Shown piece after piece: positions 28,460 to 38,153 of a stretch of DNA of 64,000 bases. The position numbers were made by a program, and so were the translations under genes. This DNA is from Verrucomicrobiota bacterium. Its GTDB lineage: Bacteria > Verrucomicrobiota > Verrucomicrobiia > Chthoniobacterales > JAFAMB01. How positions within the stretch are numbered: position 1 is the first letter of the stretch; every line of letters starts with the position of its first letter. The DNA lies in the NCBI GenBank assembly GCA_041167675.1, contig JBEEIB010000301.1, positions 20,287-84,286 on the forward strand, read 5' to 3'. The notes under the pieces are model-generated. The model had not been told where the DNA came from. It ran no database searches and worked only from the letters and a program-made list of their open reading frames with translations.

Positions 28460-30249
28460 GATGCGAACAGGATGAGGTAGAGCAGCAGGACCACTCCAAG
28501 ACCGAAAAGGAACGCATACGCTTGGAGATTCCCGATTTGGAGAAATCGAAGGGCAAACCCGCAACTCCAGGTCATACCGCCGAGCCCGCGAACAATACCG
28601 CCGTCAATGATCCAGCGGTCAACAAAACCGGCAATCTGAGCGAGCAAATCCTGAGTCCATTTGACCAGCGCAGAGTAAAATTCGTCGATGTAAAAACGGT
28701 TAGCAAAGAGGGGAATCGATATTGGATCTTTCGATTTCTCCCGATAGAAAACAAATCCGACAAAGCTGCCGCCCAAAAACACTGCCAGCGAAACCACGAT
28801 CGCCAGGACCGGTACGCCCTCGCGTTCGGGCACCTGAAGGAAGAATGTGGAGAGTGGAGGAAAACCGATGATCGCAGCCGGAATCGCTAGAAGGACGAGG
28901 GGGATCGTCATTACCGGAGGTGATTCCTTGGCGTGAGCAGCGGCTTCGGATCGATGCGCGCCGAGAAACGCGACCACAAAAAGGCGCGCCATATAGTATG
29001 CCGTGAAGAACGACGCTAACTCGATCACTAAGGCGGCTACGATGTTGTGCTCGAAAGCGGAAGCTACAATTCCGTCTTTGCTCCAGAATCCGGCGAACGG
29101 AGGACAGCCGGCCAGGGCCAAGGCGCCAATCAGAAAGGTCCAGAAGGTGATCGGCATTTTGCGTTGCAATCCGCCCATCTGCCAGATGTTCTGCTCGTGA
29201 TGCAGGCTGATAATCACTGAGCCTGCTCCCAAGAACAGAAGGGCCTTAAAGAAGGCGTGAGTGAATAGATGAAGGAGTGCAGCCTCGGGCACTCCCAGCC
29301 CCAGAGCAGAGACCATCAGGCCGAGTTGGGAGAGCGTCGAGTACGCCAGGATGCGCTTAATATCATCCTGTTGCGTGGCCATTAGAGCCGCCAGAAGCGA
29401 AGTGATCAGGCCGATCCAGAGAACCACGGTCAAAGCGATCGGAGCTGGCTCAAAGAGGAAGAAAACTCGGGCCAGCATGAACACACCGGCTGCCACCATG
29501 GTCGCGGCATGGATCAGTGCCGAGACCGGGGTCGGACCTTCCATCGCGTCAGGTAACCAAACGTGGAGCGGGAATTGAGCAGATTTGCCAACTGCGCCGC
29601 AAAAGATAAAAATGGCGGCCACGTTGAGGTAAATCGGATTAAGCCCGAGTGTGGACCATTTCGGTCCTAGCTCCTCAAACATCACCGTGCCGGAAGCCGA
29701 CCAAACCATTAGGATTCCGATCATGAACCCGAAGTCACCGAGGCGGTTTACGATGAATGCCTTATTCGCCGCGTCAGCTGCGCTCGCTCGAGTAAACCAA
29801 TGGCCGATCAGTATATAGGAGCTGACACCTACCAACTCCCAAAAGATGAACATCATGATGAAGTTGTTGGCCAGCACAATGCCGAGCATCGAAAACATGA
29901 ACAGCGACAAGGCCGCGAAATAACGCGAACGCCCTCGCTCATCTTTCATGTAGCCGATCGAGTAAATGTGGATGAGCAATCCCACGCCGGTTACTACCAG
30001 GAGCATCATCTTGCTGAACTCGTCGATCTGGTAACCGAGCCGGACTTGGAAGACGCCGAGATCGATCCAGTCAAAGCTGGCGTTTTGGTGGGGACCGGCA
30101 AAAACCGTGAGACTGGTAAGGAACGAAATTGCCACTGCCGTCACCGAGAGGTAGGAGCTAGCCTTTCTGAACGGCTGAGTGGCCACCGTGATGAGCGCGG
30201 CGGCGATCAGGGGCGAAAAAAGGATAATCCAAGGCGCCGAGTTGTTCAT
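28456..30249 (-). CDS. nuoL: NADH-quinone oxidoreductase subunit L
   Basis: WELVGVSSY.LIG, NRLGD, GKSAQFPLHVWLPDAMEGPTPVSALIHAATMV, YSTLSQLG, HAFFKALLF. Confidence 0.97.
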   Translation of the reverse strand: MNNSAPWIILFSPLIAAALITVATQPFRKASSYLSVTAVAISFLTSLTVFAGPHQNASFDWIDLGVFQVRLGYQIDEFSKMMLLVVTGVGLLIHIYSIGYMKDERGRSRYFAALSLFMFSMLGIVLANNFIMMFIFWELVGVSSYILIGHWFTRASAADAANKAFIVNRLGDFGFMIGILMVWSASGTVMFEELGPKWSTLGLNPIYLNVAAIFIFCGAVGKSAQFPLHVWLPDAMEGPTPVSALIHAATMVAAGVFMLARVFFLFEPAPIALTVVLWIGLITSLLAALMATQQDDIKRILAYSTLSQLGLMVSALGLGVPEAALLHLFTHAFFKALLFLGAGSVIISLHHEQNIWQMGGLQRKMPITFWTFLIGALALAGCPPFAGFWSKDGIVASAFEHNIVAALVIELASFFTAYYMARLFVVAFLGAHRSEAAAHAKESPPVMTIPLVLLAIPAAIIGFPPLSTFFLQVPEREGVPVLAIVVSLAVFLGGSFVGFVFYREKSKDPISIPLFANRFYIDEFYSALVKWTQDLLAQIAGFVDRWIIDGGIVRGLGGMTWSCGFALRFLQIGNLQAYAFLFGLGVVLLLYLILFAS

Positions 30250-30253
30250 TTCA

Positions 30254-30571
30254 TCAGAATTTCAAAGAGTTGAGATCCTCAACGTGCGTCGTCTGTCGAG
30301 CTCGGTAGAGCGCTACAATGATCGCAAGCCCGACGGCGACCTCAGCCGCGGCGACGGTGATGATGAAGAACACCAAAATCTGCGCGTTATAATCCGGCAA
30401 TCCGTTTTGAGTATTGAACCTGGAAAATCCGATTAAGGACAGATTTGCCGCATTGAGCATCAACTCCAGAGCCATGAAAATGGCAATGAGATTACGCCGC
30501 AGCAAAACGCCGGCAAAGCCGATCGAGAAGAGCAATCCACTGACAATCAGATAGTCGTTCAACGTGACCAT
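30254..30571 (-). CDS. nuoK: NADH-quinone oxidoreductase subunit K
   Basis: RRNLI...[20 protein letters not shown]. Confidence 0.96.
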   Translation of the reverse strand: MVTLNDYLIVSGLLFSIGFAGVLLRRNLIAIFMALELMLNAANLSLIGFSRFNTQNGLPDYNAQILVFFIITVAAAEVAVGLAIIVALYRARQTTHVEDLNSLKF

Positions 30572-30573
30572 TA

Positions 30574-31077
30574 CTATTTCAACTCTCGTTTGCTCAATAC
30601 GACGACGCCGATAGATGCGACCACGATCAGAGCTCCGATGATCTGGAGCTGTAATTTATACTGCCGGAAAATTGTCAGCCCGATATACCAGACATCAGCA
30701 TGTTGCCCGTGCTGGATGGCGGGAAATGAGGCAGATCCGTCCTGGAAGCCGTAGCTGACGTCAAAAAGAATCTTAACAAACAAAGCGACAACAACGATGC
30801 CGCCAAAAAAGGCGGGTAAATTCAGCCTGCGGCGCTGCTCCGCTTGGAGATCCAGCAACATGATGATGAAAAGGAAAAGAACCATCACCGCTCCGGCATA
30901 GACCAGGATCTGAATCACTCCGATAAAGAAAGCATCGAGCGATACGTACAGTGAAGCGAGGGCCAGGAAGCAAACGACTAAGCTGAGCGCGCTGTTCACC
31001 GGATTGCGGCAAATGATGACCATCAACCCGAAAAGCAACATGATCGCGGAGAAGGTCCAGAATAGCGGAGGAGCCAT
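30574..31077 (-). CDS. nuoJ: NADH-quinone oxidoreductase subunit J
   Basis: [28 protein letters not shown]. Confidence 0.95.
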   Translation of the reverse strand: MAPPLFWTFSAIMLLFGLMVIICRNPVNSALSLVVCFLALASLYVSLDAFFIGVIQILVYAGAVMVLFLFIIMLLDLQAEQRRRLNLPAFFGGIVVVALFVKILFDVSYGFQDGSASFPAIQHGQHADVWYIGLTIFRQYKLQLQIIGALIVVASIGVVVLSKRELK

Positions 31078-31081
31078 AAGG

Positions 31082-31612
31082 TCACTTCTTCTCGTTCCAC
31101 TTATTGACTAGGCCGGTCATCGTTCCGCCCAGTTCATACAAGCGCTTTTTATCGTGCACCATTTCTGCTCGGGTTAGCCCGGTGACCGCGTAATCCTTTC
31201 GCAAAAAAATGGCCTGTTCCGGACAAACTTCCTCGCAGAGCCCGCAATAGATGCAGCGAATCATGTCAATTTCGAACTCTTCCGGAAATTTCTCCACCTT
31301 CCGCCAACGATCCTTCTCCGGTATTTCTCCGGGCTTGATCGTGATCGCTCGGGGCGGGCAAATAAATTCGCAGAGCTGACAGGCAACACATCGTTCCCGA
31401 CCATAGTCATCGTTCACCAAAGTCGGTGCGCCGCGATAGTGAGGCGGTAGATGGGTATCCCATTTTTCTTCGGGATACTGCATAGTCACCTTCTTTTTCC
31501 CGGACAGAATAGCGAAAAAATGTCTAATGGTGATCCCGAGACCGGTTAGCAGAGCTGGTATGTAAGCCTTCTCGGCCAGAGTCAATTTTGGGCGCGGAAT
31601 GGTATAAGCCAT
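31082..31612 (-). CDS. nuoI: NADH-quinone oxidoreductase subunit I
   Basis: T.QYPEE, CVACQLCEFICP, CIYCGLCEEVCP. Confidence 0.96.
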   Translation of the reverse strand: MAYTIPRPKLTLAEKAYIPALLTGLGITIRHFFAILSGKKKVTMQYPEEKWDTHLPPHYRGAPTLVNDDYGRERCVACQLCEFICPPRAITIKPGEIPEKDRWRKVEKFPEEFEIDMIRCIYCGLCEEVCPEQAIFLRKDYAVTGLTRAEMVHDKKRLYELGGTMTGLVNKWNEKK

Positions 31613-31620
31613 AGGGTCCT

Positions 31621-32751
31621 TTACTTGGGCATTATTGCCAGAATGATGGCCACGAGCAGGATATTGACGAGCGCAATCTCAAAGAAGAAATACCAGCCGA
31701 GTCGCATCAGCTGATCGAAGCGGAAACGGGGTAGGGTCCAGCGGACCCAAATAAAGAAAAATAGGAGAAGCGCAACTTTCAGGAAGAAAGCGGCGATATG
31801 AGCGAGACCAAGCAGGACACCGAGCCAAAACGGAAGCTGTTCGGGGGCGGTTGGCAATAAAGGAATGTGCCATGCGCCAAAGAATAGCGTCACGATAATC
31901 GCTGAGCCTGCGATCATAGCGGCGTATTCGCCCAAAAAGAAGAGAGCGAATTTCATCGACGAATACTCAGTATGATAACCGCCGACTAGTTCGGTCTCTG
32001 ATTCCGGCAAATCAAAGGGAAGGCGATTGGTTTCGGCGAACATTGAGACCAGGAAAACGATGAAAGAAACAAAAAGCGGAATCCAAAGCAGGAATTTCCA
32101 GATGCTGATAGAACTGATCAATTCCTGAAAATTGATCCCGGTAAAAGAGATGCCTTTTAGCCAAATCGGCGAGATTAACCAGCCATTTTCAATTTGGTAT
32201 CTTACGATCGCCGGCAAGTTGAGTGTCCCGCAGATGAGGAAGATGGGAATGACCGACAAGCCGAGCGAGAGCTCGTACGAAATCATCTGAGAACTCGAGC
32301 GGATGCCGCCGAGAAACGGGTACTTGGAATTAGAGGACCAACCGGCCAAAACAATTCCATAGACCCCAAGCGATGAGACGGCGAACACCCAAAGCACCCC
32401 GACGTCGACGTTGGCGACTACCATCGGCTGCCCAAACCATGTGCTGCCAAAAGGAACAACGGCCAGCGCCATGATCGAAGGCGCCATCGCGCAGGCCGGA
32501 GCAAGCCAGTAATAAAATTTGTTTACATGGGCCGGTGTGAAATCCTCTTTCAAGAGCAATTTCAGGGCATCAGCGATCGGTTGCAGTAGACCGAGCGGGC
32601 CAACTCGATTCGGACCAACCCGATCCTGAATCATGGCACTTACTCGGCGCTCGGCGTACACCGTGTAGGAGACCATCGGCAGAATGACGGCGAATAATAG
32701 TCCGAGCGTTTTGAGTAACGAGATGGCGATACCAATGAGAAGATCGCTCAT
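31621..32751 (-). CDS. nuoH: NADH-quinone oxidoreductase subunit H
   Basis: ERRVSA.IQDRVGPNRVG, QPIADALKL..KE, AETNRLPFDLPESETELVGGY.TEYS, RWTLPRFRFDQ. Confidence 0.97.
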   Translation of the reverse strand: MSDLLIGIAISLLKTLGLLFAVILPMVSYTVYAERRVSAMIQDRVGPNRVGPLGLLQPIADALKLLLKEDFTPAHVNKFYYWLAPACAMAPSIMALAVVPFGSTWFGQPMVVANVDVGVLWVFAVSSLGVYGIVLAGWSSNSKYPFLGGIRSSSQMISYELSLGLSVIPIFLICGTLNLPAIVRYQIENGWLISPIWLKGISFTGINFQELISSISIWKFLLWIPLFVSFIVFLVSMFAETNRLPFDLPESETELVGGYHTEYSSMKFALFFLGEYAAMIAGSAIIVTLFFGAWHIPLLPTAPEQLPFWLGVLLGLAHIAAFFLKVALLLFFFIWVRWTLPRFRFDQLMRLGWYFFFEIALVNILLVAIILAIMPK

Positions 32752-34424
32752 ACGTGGGCGTTTTCTGGCGCAGCCGCTTGGACATCATTCTGTTCAAGCT
32801 GAATCCCGAGATCCCCGATCTTGCTCAAGCCAAGGCCGTGCAGATGCGGGATTCCTTCAGCCATCTGTTTAAAGACGTCTTCAATCAGATAGACACCATT
32901 GGAACCGGTGAATCCCTGGAGGAGATCTCGTAAGATTTCCCAGTCATCTCGCGCTTCTCCCGGGCCTCGAATTGCTCGATTTAGTCGCTGCAACCGGCCT
33001 TTGATATTGACCATCGAACCCCGTTTCTCGGCAAACGAGTAACCAGGTAACAACGCGGTGGCGTAGGTGCTCGTCCGGTTTGGAAGGATATCGATCAGGA
33101 TAAATGCTTCGAGTTTTTCGAGATCAGCCGTGGTCAGCCCTGCGTTCATTACGTCCTCACTCAATGCCAGAACCGCCTTGATGCTGCCCGCCTGCACCCG
33201 CTGGAAGATTTCCGGCAGCAGGCTGCCCGGTTCTTCTTGGGCCACCCCAAAAAGATGGGCTCCGACAATATTTGGATTGCGAAAGCTGCTGAGAAGTAAT
33301 TCATCACTCTCGCCAACGCGGGGGACAATGTCGTGGTATTTGATGCCAAGAGCCTCAATCAGCTTCTTGCTGAGCCAGAGTTCTTCATTGGTCATTTTAC
33401 CAGACGCAATCATGGCGATTTCGTCTCCCTGGAATCGCCGAAGGTCATCGACTGCACGAGCGATCGCGGTCGTCCAGCTCGCGTCTTCCTGGGCGGAGCC
33501 TAGCCGAACGCGCGGTTTGGTTAATCGCTCCGGCGCGTTAACATAGTGAAAGTTGAGTCGCCCGTAATCACACATCCACGAAGAGTTAACGCTGTTGTTT
33601 TCGCGCGGGGTCTGCCGATAGATGACGTTTTCGCGGGTGCCAACAATGGTATTACACCCCGTCGCGCAACTTGTGCAGATGCTTTTGGTTTCCTTCAGAA
33701 ACCATACGCGCATCTTGAAACGGAAATCGGTGTTGGTCAGTGCACCGACCGGACAAATATCGACCGTGTTTAACGAATAGTTGCTATCCAGTTTTCGGCC
33801 TGGATGGGCGGTGAGATAGGTGTGGCTACCCCGGCTGGCAAATCCAAGGACATCGTCCTTCGCCACTTCTTTCATGAAGCGAATACAGCGGGAGCAAAGA
33901 ATACAGCGCTCATCATCAAGCGTGACCCGTGGCCCAAGTTCCACTCGCTTCGGTTTTTTGACTTTTTCCTCGAGAAACCGCGAGCCGCCCGTACCATATT
34001 GTACGCTGAACTCCTGTAGCTGGCATTCTCCGGCCTGATCGCAAATCGGACAGTCGAGCGGATGATTGATGAGAAGGAATTCCATTACGCCGTGCCGGCA
34101 TTCACGGACCAACGGTGAATCCGTTCTGACACCCATTCCATCCGCGATATCCTGCGCACATGAAATTTGAGGACGCGGGATCCAGTTGATAATCGGTTTA
34201 CCGTCCGTTCCAGTTTCCGGCTTGCGGTCCGGACCGAGTCTCGGCATTCCCATTTCGATCAGACACATGCGGCAGTTTCCCGGAGAGCTGAGCTTCGGAT
34301 GATAACAATAGTGGGGAACGAATTTGCCAGCCTGGGAGCAAGCCTCGATTACGCGGGTTCCTTTGGGGAACTGATGCCACACGCCATCGATCTGTACGTT
34401 CAAAAGTTCTACGGAAGCACTCAT
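32748..34424 (-). CDS. nuoG: NADH-quinone oxidoreductase subunit G (short form)
   Basis: CYHP.L...GNCRMC, NHPLDCPICDQAGECQLQ, RCILCSRC, DICPVGAL, CTSCATGC...C. Confidence 0.95.
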   Translation of the reverse strand: MSASVELLNVQIDGVWHQFPKGTRVIEACSQAGKFVPHYCYHPKLSSPGNCRMCLIEMGMPRLGPDRKPETGTDGKPIINWIPRPQISCAQDIADGMGVRTDSPLVRECRHGVMEFLLINHPLDCPICDQAGECQLQEFSVQYGTGGSRFLEEKVKKPKRVELGPRVTLDDERCILCSRCIRFMKEVAKDDVLGFASRGSHTYLTAHPGRKLDSNYSLNTVDICPVGALTNTDFRFKMRVWFLKETKSICTSCATGCNTIVGTRENVIYRQTPRENNSVNSSWMCDYGRLNFHYVNAPERLTKPRVRLGSAQEDASWTTAIARAVDDLRRFQGDEIAMIASGKMTNEELWLSKKLIEALGIKYHDIVPRVGESDELLLSSFRNPNIVGAHLFGVAQEEPGSLLPEIFQRVQAGSIKAVLALSEDVMNAGLTTADLEKLEAFILIDILPNRTSTYATALLPGYSFAEKRGSMVNIKGRLQRLNRAIRGPGEARDDWEILRDLLQGFTGSNGVYLIEDVFKQMAEGIPHLHGLGLSKIGDLGIQLEQNDVQAAAPENAHV

Positions 34425-34433
34425 AACCTCGAA

Positions 34434-35801
34434 TCAAGCCTGCTCCGTTTTGGAGCCATTCTTTGCGGCGTAGGCCGCGAATTCATCACGAAACTTGGCG
34501 ACGAAGCTCTGAGTAGGCCAAGCGCAAGCCTCGCCAAAAGCGCAAATTGTTCGTCCTGCGATGTTATCCGCGACGCTCGTGAGGACATCCGGATCTCTTT
34601 GGTCCCCTCCACCCTGCAGCAGACGACCCGTCATTTTGCTCATCCAGAGCGAACCTTCGCGGCAGGGAGTGCATTGGCCGCAGCTTTCATGCGCATAGAA
34701 TTCGTTAATGTTATTAAGCGCCCAGACCATATCCCGTGAGTCGTCCATGACGATTACTCCGCCCGAGCCGGCCATGGAGCCGACCGCAGCCAAGGAATCA
34801 AAATCCATTCGGATATCATCGATCCCAATTTCCTGTTCGGTCACCGTACCATCGGACTGCTTGCTTTTGATCTTGTAGCGCTCATCGGCGCGCAGCACTT
34901 TCGCCGAGCTTCCTCCCGGAATCACCGCTTTCAGTTTGCGACCCGGTTTTAATCCCCCGCAGACATCGTAAATCAGCTCGCCCATCGTCAAGGCGCCCAC
35001 CTCCAACTCGTAGTATCCGGGCTTTTGTACATCACCGCTGACGCAGAGAAGACGAGTGCCGGTATTATTGGGACGCCCGATCTTGGCAAACTCCGCACCG
35101 CCCATGCGGACGATATGCTTTACATTGCAGAGCGTCTCCACGTTGTTGACGACTGTCGGACTCATGTACAAACCGAGGACCGCCGGAAAGTAGGGAGGCT
35201 TAATCCGAGGATAAGGGCGTTTTCCTTCCAAAGATTCGATCAGACCCGTCTCCTCCCCGCAGATATAAGCGCCGGCCCCCCGATGGACGTAAATCTCAAG
35301 ATCAAAGCCGCTGCCCAAAATGTTCGAGCCGATATAGCCGCGACTTTTTGCTTCAGCGATCGCCTGTTCGAGAATCTTGGCGCCGAGCGGAAACTCGCCT
35401 CGAATATAAATGTACGCCAGTCGGGCATTCACGGCGTAACAGGAGATGATCATCCCTTCCAGTAGTTGATGCGGATCCTGGTGAATGATGTAGCGATCCT
35501 TGAACGTGCCCGGCTCCGATTCATCGGCGTTGCAGATGAGGTAGACCGGCTTGGAACCGCCTGGCTTGATGAAGCCCCATTTGGCGCCGCAAGGAAAGCC
35601 GGCGCCGCCACGTCCCCGCAGACTAGAGGTTTTAACCTCATTAACGATTTGCGCGGGCGTCATTCGGAATGCGGCGCGCAAATCTTCGTAGCCGCCATCC
35701 TTTTCGTAGCAATCGATGTCTGTAGTCCAACCTTCCCGGTCGATGTTTTTGAAGATGATCCGCTTTTCGCGAGGATGCGGGGTCCGTAGGATTGCGGCCA
35801 T
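34434..35801 (-). CDS. nuoF: NADH-quinone oxidoreductase subunit F
   Basis: LRGRGGAGF, NADESEPGTFKDR, GAGAYICGEET, HESCGQCTPCREG, TICAFG. Confidence 0.97.
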   Translation of the reverse strand: MAAILRTPHPREKRIIFKNIDREGWTTDIDCYEKDGGYEDLRAAFRMTPAQIVNEVKTSSLRGRGGAGFPCGAKWGFIKPGGSKPVYLICNADESEPGTFKDRYIIHQDPHQLLEGMIISCYAVNARLAYIYIRGEFPLGAKILEQAIAEAKSRGYIGSNILGSGFDLEIYVHRGAGAYICGEETGLIESLEGKRPYPRIKPPYFPAVLGLYMSPTVVNNVETLCNVKHIVRMGGAEFAKIGRPNNTGTRLLCVSGDVQKPGYYELEVGALTMGELIYDVCGGLKPGRKLKAVIPGGSSAKVLRADERYKIKSKQSDGTVTEQEIGIDDIRMDFDSLAAVGSMAGSGGVIVMDDSRDMVWALNNINEFYAHESCGQCTPCREGSLWMSKMTGRLLQGGGDQRDPDVLTSVADNIAGRTICAFGEACAWPTQSFVAKFRDEFAAYAAKNGSKTEQA

Positions 35802-35803
35802 GG

Positions 35804-36298
35804 CTATTGATACTTTTGCAGCAATTGCGGAGCTTCATCCTCCGAAACCGCCTCGTAGAAATCATCGTCGATCATACAAACCGGACCGGTGCCGCAACTC
35901 GCCAGACACTCGACAAATTCAAGACTGTATTTTCCGTCCGGGCTTTTTAGCACGTGGCTGCCATGTTCATGCTGTTTTGGATCAATCTTGGCATGCCGGC
36001 AAAATGTCTTCAGTAGCGAATAGCTACCCGCCATCGCACAGGACAATGTACGGCAGACCCGGATGTGGTGCTTTCCATAAGGCTCCTGACGAAACATCGG
36101 ATAGAAAGTCACCAGCTCCAAGATGTTGATCGGTTCCAGCTCCAGCTTTTGGGCAACCCAGGTGATCGCTTCATCCGTAATGTAACCAAAGTGTTCCTGA
36201 ATCAGATGGAGCAACGGCAAGGAAGCACTACGCTTCGAGGCCGGGTAATGGGTGATTACCTCGTCGATCCGTGACTCCAGCTCGGATGGGATTTCCAT
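35804..36298 (-). CDS. nuoE: NADH-quinone oxidoreductase subunit E
   Basis: TFYPMF, VCRTLSC, ECLASC. Confidence 0.95.
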   Translation of the reverse strand: MEIPSELESRIDEVITHYPASKRSASLPLLHLIQEHFGYITDEAITWVAQKLELEPINILELVTFYPMFRQEPYGKHHIRVCRTLSCAMAGSYSLLKTFCRHAKIDPKQHEHGSHVLKSPDGKYSLEFVECLASCGTGPVCMIDDDFYEAVSEDEAPQLLQKYQ

Positions 36299-36300
36299 GT

Positions 36301-36591
36301 TTAATGTTCGGTTAAATGCTCCGGTTCTTTGACCAAATGCCCATTCTGAAATCGAAGAACGATCGTCTGGTTGCCTTGCTCATAGTAATAAGTAAGCAAC
36401 GTTGCCGGTTTCTTATCGATTTCCCCGTCCTCTTCTTTTTTCTCCCGGTTAGGGCTTCCTAAAATTGTCTCCACTTCCTTCGGACTCATATTGAGTCTGA
36501 CCTGCTCCAGATTGCGATTGGCGATCTCGCGGTTACAACCTTCCAGGAAAAACGCCGCGGTGAATACCACGATGATAATCCGGAAGGCCAT
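36301..36591 (-). CDS. Small lipoprotein, SmpA/BamE-like fold
   Basis: ATG 36591, lipobox LEGC, MSPKEVETILGSP...YYY.......LRF.NG.L. Confidence 0.7.
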   Translation of the reverse strand: MAFRIIIVVFTAAFFLEGCNREIANRNLEQVRLNMSPKEVETILGSPNREKKEEDGEIDKKPATLLTYYYEQGNQTIVLRFQNGHLVKEPEHLTEH

Positions 36592-36595
36592 AACC

Positions 36596-37846
36596 TCAAC
36601 GGTCGCACTCGCCCATAACAAAATCCAAACTGCCGAGCACTGCGACAACGTCCGACATCATGTGGCCAAGTAAAATCTTCGGAAGAATACTGAGATTCAC
36701 AAAAGAGGGCGCCCGGATCTTTAGACGATAGGGAACGCCGCCACCTTTGCTATGAATGTAGAATCCAAGCTCACCCTTGGGATTTTCCGCCCCAAAATAG
36801 ATTTCGCCGGCCGGCGCATCCACCCCTTCGGTGTGGATAATGAAGTGATGGATGAGTTCCTCCATCTTCAACAGGACATCTGGCTTGTATGGCGGGTAGT
36901 TCTTTGGATCGGAAACGTGGATTGAACCGGAAGGAAGGCTCTTTATCGCTTGATGCAAAATCTTGACGCTTTGTCGCATTTCTTCGATGCGGACAAGATA
37001 ACGATCGAATGCATCACCCACGGTGCCGATCGGGATATCAAAGTCATACTTTTGGTAGTCAATGTACGGCTTTGCTTTGCGGACATCATAATCAATCCCG
37101 CTACCTCGAAGGTTCGGTCCGGTGATTCCATAGTTAATCGCATCTTCCTTCGAGATCACACCGAGATCCTTCGTGCGATTGACAAAGATCGGATTTCGGG
37201 TCAGTAGCCGATCGACTTCGTCAAGTTGCGGCACGAACTCGTCCAGAAATTTGTTGAGAGCGGCTAAAAACCCGTCTGGTAAGTCCCGCGTTTGACCACC
37301 GATCCGGGTATAGGAGGTCGTGAAGCGGGCTCCGGTCAGTAGCTCGATAAGATTGTAAAGCTTCTCCCGTTCCGTGAATGTGTAGAGGAACACAGTCATT
37401 GCGCCGACATCCATGGCAAACGCTCCGAGGCCGAGAAGATGGGCCGAAATGCGAGCCATTTCGCAGCAGATTACTCGGATCGCTTTTCCGCGAGGCGGCA
37501 ACTCCCATCCGAGTAGTTTCTCGACCGCTAAAGCATACGCGACGTTGTTTGAAAGCGGTGCCAGATAATCAAGCCGGTCCGTATAAGGAACGAATTGATT
37601 ATACTGCATGTTCTCCGCGATTTTTTCGTCGCCGCGGTGCAAATAACCGATGTCTGGAGTAGCCTTAGTGATAATCTCACCATCGAGTTCCAGCACTACC
37701 CGGAGCACCCCGTGCGTAGCCGGATGGGAAGGCCCCATGTTGATCGTCAGCTTTTCGCCGAGAAGTTCGGATTCATCGATGGTCTCCAGCGACTTGGCCG
37801 TCCGAGTGAACGAGTCCGGAATTTCTATTTCGCGCGAAGTAGCCAT
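36596..37846 (-). CDS. nuoD: NADH-quinone oxidoreductase subunit D
   Basis: NMGPSHPATHGVLR, GYLHRG.EK, DRLDY, ENPKGELG, GSLDFVMGECDR. Confidence 0.97.
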   Translation of the reverse strand: MATSREIEIPDSFTRTAKSLETIDESELLGEKLTINMGPSHPATHGVLRVVLELDGEIITKATPDIGYLHRGDEKIAENMQYNQFVPYTDRLDYLAPLSNNVAYALAVEKLLGWELPPRGKAIRVICCEMARISAHLLGLGAFAMDVGAMTVFLYTFTEREKLYNLIELLTGARFTTSYTRIGGQTRDLPDGFLAALNKFLDEFVPQLDEVDRLLTRNPIFVNRTKDLGVISKEDAINYGITGPNLRGSGIDYDVRKAKPYIDYQKYDFDIPIGTVGDAFDRYLVRIEEMRQSVKILHQAIKSLPSGSIHVSDPKNYPPYKPDVLLKMEELIHHFIIHTEGVDAPAGEIYFGAENPKGELGFYIHSKGGGVPYRLKIRAPSFVNLSILPKILLGHMMSDVVAVLGSLDFVMGECDR

Positions 37847-37901
37847 AGGTGCGGGGTAGGGCGAAGTTACATAGCTCTTATTTGGCGTCGCAAGCGATTA
37901 T

Positions 37902-37919
37902 TTGTGAAAAATTTCACAA
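37902..37919. promoter_or_regulatory. Rex (NADH/NAD+ redox repressor) operator
   Basis: TTGTGAA-AAAT-TTCACAA, a perfect match to the Rex consensus TTGTGAA-N4-TTCACAA, about 55 bp upstream of nuoD and between divergent nuo and ndh. Confidence 0.8.
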
Positions 37920-38153
37920 GCAATCAAAAATGTATGCTCTTTCCTTTTCACTCGACCCCGATCTTTGGCCCGAAGCTCGCCTGAATAACCGAGCCGCGCT
38001 GCGATCCGGTTTGCTTCCGTTTGTTCAATCGCACGTCTTGGGATGACTCTCACCGGTACCTGAATACAGCGATCAGGCTAATTCGTTGCCCAGCAATGGC
38101 TCCTTAGCTCGATGGATAGGTGCGCTTAGGCCGCGATCACCTTATTGTAGCCC

